A stretch of 64,000 nt of DNA from Candidatus Thorarchaeota archaeon (GTDB lineage Archaea > Asgardarchaeota > Thorarchaeia > Thorarchaeales > Thorarchaeaceae): assembly GCA_048884965.1 (NCBI GenBank), contig JBHLQH010000014.1:1-64000 (forward strand), read 5' to 3'. A program made the translations under genes and the position numbers. The notes beneath the pieces are model-generated. The model was not told the DNA's origin and made no database searches. It saw nothing but the letters and a program-made list of their open reading frames with translations. This document shows, piece by piece, positions 20,694 to 28,921 of the stretch (within the stretch, counting starts at the first letter, position 1; every line of letters starts with the position of its first letter).

Positions 20694-21199
20694 TTCGCTC
20701 CACCCTCCGAATCCTCTGAAAACCCAACCATTAGATCCTCGATTGCCTTATTCCATATCTGAGCTGCTTCTAACTGGTAGGAAATGGCATTCTTGAGTTC
20801 CGTATCCTTCTCAAGATTCTTCACTTGAAGGACTTCCAAGCGTTTCATAAACTCTTGATTTATAACGATCAGCTGCTGAAGCATAGATGAAACGAGACCT
20901 GAGGATGTGAGAGACCGATAACTGTATCCGGTCTTTCTAGAGCCTGTCTTTTCCACGACACCATAGGTTTCGAGAATCTTAAGAGCTCTATTAACAGACG
21001 ATACTGATGTTGGATATTTGGAGTCGGGGAATATCTCTCCTAATCGCTTGGCAATTCCTTGCTGTGTCCATTCCTTGGACTCCAGTAATAGCAACCCCTC
21101 TATCCATCCACAGTATTCTGGATAGCCATATTGACTATAGCTTGAGCCAATGGTATATAGAAACTCTTGGCGTAGTTTTTCAGATTTCATCAGGATCAC
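20690..21199 (-). CDS. GbsR/MarR-like winged-helix transcriptional regulator
   Basis: YGYPEYCGWIEGLLLL...SVSSVNRALKILETYGVVEK; 4-bp overlap with the downstream oxidoreductase. Confidence 0.85.
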   Translation of the reverse strand: MILMKSEKLRQEFLYTIGSSYSQYGYPEYCGWIEGLLLLESKEWTQQGIAKRLGEIFPDSKYPTSVSSVNRALKILETYGVVEKTGSRKTGYSYRSLTSSGLVSSMLQQLIVINQEFMKRLEVLQVKNLEKDTELKNAISYQLEAAQIWNKAIEDLMVGFSEDSEGGAK

Positions 21200-21229
21200 T
21201 ATGAAGTATTACACGCAAATGGATTTAAG

Positions 21230-21257
21230 TATTTCAGTATTTCAGAATACTGAAATA
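21230..21257. promoter_or_regulatory. Perfect 12-bp inverted repeat, likely operator of the adjacent regulator
   Basis: TATTTCAGTATT-tcag-AATACTGAAATA between divergent genes, adjacent to a TTTAAG box. Confidence 0.75.
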
Positions 21258-21320
21258 ATCCATCGCAAATGATATACGGTCATTTAGAATATCTTGAACC
21301 TATTCAGGAGATGACATAAT

Positions 21321-21701
21321 ATGGCGCGCGTTCCACTTGGTGTAATCATTCTTGGAGTGCTGAACTTTCTAACAGGAATCTTACTGCTAATCGGTTCGAC
21401 TCCACTTCTCGCTGATTTCAACTGGATTCTTCTAACAGGAATAATCCAAGGGCTACCATATGGAGCCATTCTTGTTGGCTTGGCCTATATCCTCCTTGGA
21501 TTTGGGCTACTAAGCTTGGCACGGTGGGCATGGTATGCTGATATCATATTGGCATTGATCAATCTCTTACTCATTGTCGTAGACATCCTTGGAGCTGGTT
21601 CAATCCAGCTAGGCAATATTCCATGGATTTCACTCATTCTCAACCTGATAATAGTGGTCTACCTTAATCAGCGAAGCATACGAAGAAAGTTTGATGTCTA
21701 A
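21321..21701 (+). CDS. Small 4-TM membrane protein
   Basis: RVPLGVIILGVL...WAW...NLIIVVYLNQRSIRRKF pattern. Confidence 0.85.
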   Translation: MARVPLGVIILGVLNFLTGILLLIGSTPLLADFNWILLTGIIQGLPYGAILVGLAYILLGFGLLSLARWAWYADIILALINLLLIVVDILGAGSIQLGNIPWISLILNLIIVVYLNQRSIRRKFDV

Positions 21702-21724
21702 GAAGAAAAAGAGGGCGAAATCTT

Positions 21725-22327
21725 CTATGTTGCTGAAGATTTCGCTTGCTCGTCAGAATATTTATGCGAATCGAGCATCATCATGCCAAGGTCTTTAGCT
21801 CTTTCTAAAAGAGATGCATTCTCAGAGGCTGAATTTCTTGTAGTCATGCTTGTAGCGATTAGTGAGTCGAAGAACTCCATGCCTAGATAGTTTGAGATAT
21901 CCTCGAACATGCCAACGACATGTCGTGAGTAGAAATCATTGCCTCCTCCCATCGGTAGGACCAGCATCAGTCTCTTGCCTTGAAACAGGTTTTGATTCAC
22001 TCCATACCACCGATCAATGAACGTCTTCAATTGAGCTGTTGGACCCCACCAATATATCGGTGTTCCCAAAACCCAGATGTCTGCCTTCTCCATCAAATTG
22101 AGGATCCCTTGCATATCATCCTCATCATGGATGCATTTCCCTTGTCTACGACAAGCATCACATGATTGACATGGATGAATCTTTAGATCATTGAGGATGA
22201 CTTTCTGAACTATAGCCCCGTTCTCGGCAGCACTATTCAACACAGCATCTATTAGAGTCGCTGTGTTGCCGTTCGATCTTGGACTACCGATGATCCCCAA
22301 GACTAGTTTTCGATTCGGGTTGTCTAT
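21725..22327 (-). CDS. Iron-sulfur flavoprotein / multimeric flavodoxin (WrbA-like)
   Basis: GSPRSNGNT, CQSCDACRRQGKC, GTPIYW and KTFIDR; start uncertain (TTG 22300 or ATA 22327). Confidence 0.9.
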   Translation of the reverse strand: MDNPNRKLVLGIIGSPRSNGNTATLIDAVLNSAAENGAIVQKVILNDLKIHPCQSCDACRRQGKCIHDEDDMQGILNLMEKADIWVLGTPIYWWGPTAQLKTFIDRWYGVNQNLFQGKRLMLVLPMGGGNDFYSRHVVGMFEDISNYLGMEFFDSLIATSMTTRNSASENASLLERAKDLGMMMLDSHKYSDEQAKSSAT

Positions 22328-22346
22328 CGTACATCACACCTCAGTT

Positions 22347-23285
22347 CTAGTTTTCTTCATAGGTTAGAATTATTTCAAAGATGTCAATCATTGGCTCTGT
22401 CTTTGCGATAGTTATTGCAGAAGCATCTTGGACCTCAACTCCAAAGCTGGATCTTAATGGAATCTTCTCCCATCCTGCTGAGACCGCTTCCTTTGAGAGT
22501 TCGACAAGGAGTCGTTCCCACGCGAATTTGTATCCTGGTCTTATCGCGACAAATCTATGGATAATCCTCGTCGAGTCAGCTGTCACTACTGATCCATCTG
22601 GCTCAAATCTTAGCAATGCACTGGCTGCTACAGCCTTGTCACCATCAAAGAGAATCACCGCATGACCATCTTTGAGGACTCGTTCTTTAAAATAGGACCT
22701 GGCTGCATCTTCAGTTGGAAGGGCACCTCGAATATTCGGGTCAGAATGCAGGAGCTCAATTAATGTTTCGACATCATCCTCGGTCGCGAGCCTACTCTCC
22801 AGTTTTGCTGCTTTTCCTTCTACAGTCATTTTGCTTGACAGTGAAGTATCGTAGTCTTTGTTATATCGGAGAGCCCGAGATGTTTCAACGAATCCATTCT
22901 TCTCAAAGAATTCTAGCTGAGCATCTGCTGTTTTGGAACCAGTCACTACAGCAGTTCGAAGAATCTTGAAATCATCCTTCGATTTCAGATATTTTAATTG
23001 TTCTTCAAATAGCTTCATCTTCACTTCATTTGGGCAACTAGGAAGAGCCCACGGATATCCAATACCGTAACGACCATCTTCGCTTGAAGACTTCCATGAA
23101 GTAATATACGCCAAAGGTTTTCCGTCCTTAGTTAAAGCATAATGCGTCATGTCTGCTCCACGTTCATCATTGCGCGGACCTATCTGTTCAGGTCTGGCAG
23201 AAAGTCCCGAAACTTCAGTGTAGATTTTTGCTTGGATTTCCTCAAGACCCTTTCCTGATTCCCATTTCTTGTATTCAATTTCCAT
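22347..23285 (-). CDS. Tandem GNAT-like protein
   Basis: FFEKNGF motif B and RLATEDDV start of a second domain. Confidence 0.75.
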   Translation of the reverse strand: MEIEYKKWESGKGLEEIQAKIYTEVSGLSARPEQIGPRNDERGADMTHYALTKDGKPLAYITSWKSSSEDGRYGIGYPWALPSCPNEVKMKLFEEQLKYLKSKDDFKILRTAVVTGSKTADAQLEFFEKNGFVETSRALRYNKDYDTSLSSKMTVEGKAAKLESRLATEDDVETLIELLHSDPNIRGALPTEDAARSYFKERVLKDGHAVILFDGDKAVAASALLRFEPDGSVVTADSTRIIHRFVAIRPGYKFAWERLLVELSKEAVSAGWEKIPLRSSFGVEVQDASAITIAKTEPMIDIFEIILTYEEN

Positions 23286-23469
23286 AAGAACTCCTCATTG
23301 TAATTTGTTATACAATAGTATAACATTAAATCTCTGTATATAAAAAACCTTTGTTCTAAGAATGGTTTATTATACAAACATAAAATAGAAGATGATGGCT
23401 TGGTTATGAGTATTTGGATATCTTCACTCTGCAAATTAGCAATATCATCGAATGACGTTGATAGCTCGA

Positions 23470-23516
23470 TTTATATGTTTGTCATAACAAACAATTATTG
23501 TTGGTATTAACAAACA
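23470..23516 (+). promoter_or_regulatory. TATA box followed by two tandem 18-bp palindromic operators
   Basis: TTTATAT (23470-23476), TGTTTGT-cata-ACAAACA (23476-23493), TGTTGGT-atta-ACAAACA (23499-23516). Confidence 0.75.
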
Positions 23517-23524
23517 TATGTGAG

Positions 23525-24280
23525 ATGAATTCTATGGAAACTCCACTTGGCGACTCTATTGCTGGTATCAAGATTACGAAGAAGGGAAAAGATGCGCAGC
23601 AACAGGCAATATTCCTAACTGATGCAGAAAAGGCATTGGAACTTGATCATCCGGTAAGAAGAGCAATAGTGACTGTAATGGATCGGGGCATTCCGGACCG
23701 GGTGACCATTGAAACAGTGGACGAACTCAGCACAAAGAAAGTAATGGAAAGAGTACCAATAAGTCGGGACATTATGTCAATCACGGAGATAGTCAAGATG
23801 TCAAGAGAGCATCTTGATATTCTATCGCTTACTCGAAATCAAGTCAATCACCATCTCCCTAAAATGATGGAAGAGGGCTTTTTGATTCATTTTGGTACTC
23901 TGAGAACTGGAAAGCGAACTACTGACTATTACAGACGAACTGCCAAGCAATATGTAGTGACTATGGAAACACCCAATCTTGGTGCTGACTTCCTTAGAGA
24001 TCGAGAAGGACACCGATTGAGACATGCATTGAGCCTCTTTGAGATTGAGCTGACGAAGGAGCAATTGACAGAGCTCATCGAGGCGCGAGTCAAACTCGAA
24101 CTCCTACAAGATAAATGGCGAACGAAAATCGCGAACCTGATCAAGAAAGATGTCACTGAACCTGATATCGTTGCGATATACCACTGGATGCTTGAGGCAT
24201 ATTCTATGGGTTCTGATGAATATGTGAGTCTTTTCAGGCGATTTAGAGAAATCCTCTTTGGTGAGATGGAGGGTGAGTGA
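23525..24280 (+). CDS. ArsR-like winged-helix regulator, first gene of the tldD-pmbA operon
   Basis: LDHPVRRAI...QVNHHLPKMMEEGFL...YYRRTAK; start moved to ATG 23525 because the track TTG start lies inside the operator. Confidence 0.85.
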   Translation: MNSMETPLGDSIAGIKITKKGKDAQQQAIFLTDAEKALELDHPVRRAIVTVMDRGIPDRVTIETVDELSTKKVMERVPISRDIMSITEIVKMSREHLDILSLTRNQVNHHLPKMMEEGFLIHFGTLRTGKRTTDYYRRTAKQYVVTMETPNLGADFLRDREGHRLRHALSLFEIELTKEQLTELIEARVKLELLQDKWRTKIANLIKKDVTEPDIVAIYHWMLEAYSMGSDEYVSLFRRFREILFGEMEGE

Positions 24281-25668
24281 GCTTGGAACAGGTTGCGGAA
24301 TTAGCTATTGAAACTATGCAGCAGGCAGGTGCCGATTTTTCAGATATTAGAATCGAAAGAACCCACGTGACTGAACTCGTTGTCGAAAATGGGGATGTGA
24401 CTGAAACAAAATCAGCTCTCCTCATTGGGGCTGGTTTGCGAGCATTTGTTTCTGGCTCCTGGGCGTTTGCTCAGACAACTGATCTTGCCAGATCTGAAAT
24501 TGAAGAAACTGGCAAAGCAACAGTCAGAATTGCGAAGATGCTTTCGGAAAAACGAGAGTCGGCTTTCGAGTTGAGTGCGCAAGTCAATAAAGGCAGCTCT
24601 ACTCATGATTGCAAGAGACCATTCATCGATGTTTCATTTGAGGAAAAGATCTCTCTTCTCCAAGAGCTGAATAAACTTGCGAGATCATATGGAGATTCAA
24701 TCTATCGTAGCCGCCATGCATATGAAGAACAGAAAATCGATGTTCTTATCATGAATTCCTGGGGTACTGCTGTTTCCCTCGATCACTCACTTCCATATCT
24801 GAAGGCATTCTCATATTCGAAGAAAGGTAATACGCTACATCGTGGAGCAAAGATGCTTGGAGGAAGTGGTGGATTCGAGGTCATTTCGGGTAGTCGAGCA
24901 TTTGAGGCTACACAATCTGCTTCCGAGCTTGCTATCGATCTGCTTTCATCGAAACCGTCCAAAGGAGGGGTGCAGGACATTATTGCCGATCCCGACCTAA
25001 GTGGAGTTCTAGCCCATGAAGCATACGGTCATGGATGTGAAGCAGACAATTGGAGTGCAGGAAGTACAATCCTCATTGATAAATATCAGAGGAAGATAGG
25101 TTTTGAGGATATCACAATCATCGATGACCCAACAATGGCTGGATTGAGAGGATCTTTCCGGTATGATTGGGAAGGGACCCACGCTAAGAAACGAGTATTG
25201 ATAAAAAACGGTATAATGAATGAACTCCTCCATTCGCTTTCGACAGCTTCTGAATTGGGTATGGAACTCAATGGCGCAGCAAGGTCGCAGTCGTTCATGT
25301 TCGAACCGATACCCCGTATGGGCAATACGATAATTCAACCAGGGTCCTATTCGCTACAAGAGATGATAGGTGAGATGCAATCAGGTCTTCTCATGTGCGG
25401 GATGGGAGGTGGCTATGCCATTTCCGATTTAGGTCAATACATGTTCCGATCTACTCATGGATATGAGATCAAGAATGGTGAGCTTGGAGATCTTGTACAC
25501 GGAGCCTCAATACTTGGACAGCATTTGAATACGCTGGAGAAGATTGATGCTGTGGGGAAGGACATCGATTTGTTTCCAGGAACTTGCGGAAAGGGGGAGC
25601 AGATGGTGCCCGATATGTCTGGTGGTCCACATCTTCGAATACGTCAGATGAATGTAGGAGGTGCTTGA
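24277..25668 (+). CDS. tldD: TldD metalloprotease subunit
   Basis: HEAYGHGCEAD, DDPT...YDWEG, PIPRMGNT and CGKGEQ...GGPH. Confidence 0.95.
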   Translation: MSLEQVAELAIETMQQAGADFSDIRIERTHVTELVVENGDVTETKSALLIGAGLRAFVSGSWAFAQTTDLARSEIEETGKATVRIAKMLSEKRESAFELSAQVNKGSSTHDCKRPFIDVSFEEKISLLQELNKLARSYGDSIYRSRHAYEEQKIDVLIMNSWGTAVSLDHSLPYLKAFSYSKKGNTLHRGAKMLGGSGGFEVISGSRAFEATQSASELAIDLLSSKPSKGGVQDIIADPDLSGVLAHEAYGHGCEADNWSAGSTILIDKYQRKIGFEDITIIDDPTMAGLRGSFRYDWEGTHAKKRVLIKNGIMNELLHSLSTASELGMELNGAARSQSFMFEPIPRMGNTIIQPGSYSLQEMIGEMQSGLLMCGMGGGYAISDLGQYMFRSTHGYEIKNGELGDLVHGASILGQHLNTLEKIDAVGKDIDLFPGTCGKGEQMVPDMSGGPHLRIRQMNVGGA

Positions 25669-27036
25669 TTGAAGGAGCAACTACTTGAAATCGGTGCAGA
25701 AGTCATTGCGTTTGGCGAGAATGCTGGCGCGGATAAGGTTGAAGTCTTCCTAGAATCGATTAGATCTCTAAAACTCGCGATGGAGGGGAGCAAACTTCAA
25801 TCAGTTGCATCGAAGAAGGATTGTGGTTGCGGTATCCGAGTAATCCTTGACAAGCGAATTGGATATTCCTATGCTACGACAATGGAGCTCTCCTCTGTGA
25901 AGCAGGCAGTAAAGAATGCAATATCGCTTGCTAGGATATCATCTAGGGATGTCGATTTCTTTGATTTGCCATCAAGTAGCGACACCTATCCAGAAGTATC
26001 AGGACTATATGATGAGGACATTTGCAATCTTGAACCAGAGGAAGCAGTCGACCTCCTAATGAGAGCAGTTCAAACTAACCATGAGCACTTGGAACACTTC
26101 ACGCCGTTAAACTTCGCTACACTCCAGTCGAAGGAACTCACTAGGGCGATTACCAATTCAAACGAACTAGTGTGCTCTTCTGAATCGACTTACATCGCAA
26201 TGGCATTAGATGCTACTATCAGAAAGGATGGGCAACAGGGAAATAGTTGGGAATTTCAGCAATCCACTCAGATGAACGGTATAGACCCTGAAGGGCTTGG
26301 GAGGAAGACAGCAGAGTACGTACTTGAAACCCTTGACGCAGCGCAAATTGAAGGTGGGAGGATGCCAGTAATACTATCCCCACATGCAGTATCTCATCTT
26401 ATCAGCAGTCGACGGGGGGGCTCTCTTGCATCTGTTCTTGATTTTCTACAGGTTAGTAAATTAAACTCATACTTGGTTGATATGATTGGGAACAAAATTG
26501 GACCTGATAATCTATCTCTCGTTGATGATGCTATCCTCCCTTCTGGAGTTCTATCCAGATCGTTCGATGCAGAGGGAGCTCCATCTACCAAGACTAGGCT
26601 AATCAAAGAAGGCGTGCTTTGCAACTATCTTCATAATTCGTACTCAGCAAGTAAATCAGGATTGCAAAACACTGGAAATGCTTGGAGGGCCTCTTACACA
26701 TCCATTCCTACGATTGGACCATCTAATCTCATTCTTTCTCCTGGGGATATGAGTGAGGATGAGATTTTATCAGAAACGAGAAGAGGAGTCTATTGTCGTT
26801 TCACTGGTGACCTGCCAAATCCAATCTCTGGTGACCTGAATGCAATTATCATGGAGGGTCACTATGTTGAGAATGGAGAGAAAACACATCCCGTAAAAAA
26901 CACTCTCTTCTCAATGAATATGCTCGAATTGCTGATGAACATAGTGTATATCGGAGATGTATCTACTCCTACTGAAGGTGGTTTCTTCCCGTCAATCATG
27001 ATTGAGAACGCTCAAGTGTCGTCTGGTAAATCCTAA
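25669..27036 (+). CDS. pmbA: PmbA/TldE subunit
   Basis: SRSFDAEG, YLHNSYSA, NTGNA, GPSNL; no HExxxH; directly follows tldD. Confidence 0.93.
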   Translation: MKEQLLEIGAEVIAFGENAGADKVEVFLESIRSLKLAMEGSKLQSVASKKDCGCGIRVILDKRIGYSYATTMELSSVKQAVKNAISLARISSRDVDFFDLPSSSDTYPEVSGLYDEDICNLEPEEAVDLLMRAVQTNHEHLEHFTPLNFATLQSKELTRAITNSNELVCSSESTYIAMALDATIRKDGQQGNSWEFQQSTQMNGIDPEGLGRKTAEYVLETLDAAQIEGGRMPVILSPHAVSHLISSRRGGSLASVLDFLQVSKLNSYLVDMIGNKIGPDNLSLVDDAILPSGVLSRSFDAEGAPSTKTRLIKEGVLCNYLHNSYSASKSGLQNTGNAWRASYTSIPTIGPSNLILSPGDMSEDEILSETRRGVYCRFTGDLPNPISGDLNAIIMEGHYVENGEKTHPVKNTLFSMNMLELLMNIVYIGDVSTPTEGGFFPSIMIENAQVSSGKS

Positions 27037-27063
27037 TGGGTCTACCAGATACGACACTGAGGT

Positions 27064-28782
27064 CTATTGTTTCATCTCGTATCGGCCTTTGAAGGAATAG
27101 ACCTCATCCCAGACCTTCATGAACCTAGTATTATCCACATTTGGCTTCTTGATGCATTTCAGGAGAATCTCTTGTTGTTTCTCCGTGCTTGTGGGCTTGG
27201 AGTAAAGCTGCAAGGCATATCGTGAGAAGTCTCTAATTATGAAGTCAAAGATCTGGTCAAGCACAGCATCCCCGATATCATGGGTCTTGGCACTTTCGAT
27301 AATAAGTTGCCCGTAGACGACCAAAGAGAAAAGCTCCCCAGCGTTCAGGATGAAGTCGAGATCCTGACCCTGCTCATCATCAGGTGTAGCTTCTACCATG
27401 AACTGATTGAACACCTGTACTTGCTCCTTGAAGATATCAAGATTTGGCAGACTAATGCTTTCATACGTCTTTCTATAGTCATGGAATCGTATCTGACCTG
27501 CTCCTCTTGTTGGACCCTGATTGAACATGAATACATCATGCTTTGGAGTGTCAGTAGTCGGAACCTCAGGACTTTCCTCTGCCATGAAGAAGTATGCAGG
27601 CATGAACTTGATGATTTGAGCCATGTTAACATGGACGGTCCCCTCAAGTTTAGGTAGTGCTCGAATATCTCTCGTTGCTGCAGAGAAGTAGGTTTCTGCT
27701 TCAAAACCTCTCGCGGCAATAACATCCCAGAGATGATCTATGACCTTCTCACCTTCACTTGTGACTTTCATCTTGACAAGGCTATTGTAGAGGATATATC
27801 GACGGTCTTCCAATGAAGCTGTGCGCATGTAGTCTCCCGCTCGCATGGCGAAGAGCTTCATCGCTAAAAGCCGAGTATATCCATCTACCAATAATTGACG
27901 GATATGTGAAAAGTCAGTTACCCAGGACCCATAGAGGTTCCTGTTCGCAGCGTGATTAATCGCCTCATAGAAAGCATGGGTACATATTCCAATTGAAGCC
28001 CAGCCTAAGTTATACTTGCACAGGTTCACGGTGTTCAGGGTGCAATCCCACGCATCCCTGCCTGTCGATAGGATGTCTTCTGTAGTGATTGGATAATCAT
28101 TCAGCTTGTACTCCGCGACATACGACTGAACTGCGACTAGGTTTCTGACGCATTCATATTTCTCATGCTGCGAATCAGCCACAAAGAACACGTAGCTTCC
28201 ATATTTTGTATCCTCGGGATCAGATGGAACATCAGTCTTCCCAAATATAGAAACAAGACTAGCAACATTCCCATTGCCAATATAGTATTTACTCCCTCTT
28301 GCCTCGTACTTACCTTCGCCAACTGTCTTTAGAAACATCTCGCTTGAATAAATATCAGCTCCATGTTCTTTCTCACTCAATCCAAATGCGAACACTCCTC
28401 CTTCTTTAAGAAGATGTGCGGTCTTGCGCTTCACTTCCTCGTTCTTACTCATCCAAATGGGACTTAGACCCAAAGCGGTAACTTGCCAAGTATACCAATA
28501 ATGTAGTCCATAGAATGCCAATATTTCATTGAATTCCATATTGCGCCATGCATCCCACCTACACCCCTTCTCTCCATATTCAGGTGGCGTGAGTAGCTTG
28601 TAGAATATCTCCTCTTTCTTTACATAGTCGAGGAAGTCTTGGTACCAAACAAGTGCATGGTCGTCATTCTTGAGCTTGACCTTTCCCTTGTTCTCGAAGA
28701 ATTGAATTGTTCTCAGCATAATCTCCTTTGACTCTTCGTCAGGATATTCTCTGGTATGATTGTTTGGATCGAGTAGAATCAT
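27064..28782 (-). CDS. Acyl-CoA dehydrogenase family protein
   Basis: FAFGLSEKEHGADIY, KYYIGNGN and LPKLEGTVHVN motifs. Confidence 0.93.
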   Translation of the reverse strand: MILLDPNNHTREYPDEESKEIMLRTIQFFENKGKVKLKNDDHALVWYQDFLDYVKKEEIFYKLLTPPEYGEKGCRWDAWRNMEFNEILAFYGLHYWYTWQVTALGLSPIWMSKNEEVKRKTAHLLKEGGVFAFGLSEKEHGADIYSSEMFLKTVGEGKYEARGSKYYIGNGNVASLVSIFGKTDVPSDPEDTKYGSYVFFVADSQHEKYECVRNLVAVQSYVAEYKLNDYPITTEDILSTGRDAWDCTLNTVNLCKYNLGWASIGICTHAFYEAINHAANRNLYGSWVTDFSHIRQLLVDGYTRLLAMKLFAMRAGDYMRTASLEDRRYILYNSLVKMKVTSEGEKVIDHLWDVIAARGFEAETYFSAATRDIRALPKLEGTVHVNMAQIIKFMPAYFFMAEESPEVPTTDTPKHDVFMFNQGPTRGAGQIRFHDYRKTYESISLPNLDIFKEQVQVFNQFMVEATPDDEQGQDLDFILNAGELFSLVVYGQLIIESAKTHDIGDAVLDQIFDFIIRDFSRYALQLYSKPTSTEKQQEILLKCIKKPNVDNTRFMKVWDEVYSFKGRYEMKQ

Positions 28783-28921
28783 TATAGTTCTACTAGTTTT
28801 GGTGTGATGTGTGTAAAATGTCTTCTGGACATCTCCTTATCAAAAACCAGCCTTCCTATTTGCAACTTCATGTACCTAGTCAGGAGGCTCAAATTTGATA
28901 CATGGGATTATCATTGACTCT

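Noticed and set aside
25660-25675. The tldD TGA stop is immediately followed in frame by the pmbA TTG start, suggesting read-through or a selenocysteine fusion
   Set aside because: A strong GGAGGTG RBS within the last tldD codons explains independent initiation; TldD ends at its normal VGG terminus; the TGA is not at a Cys-equivalent site and no SECIS was recognised.
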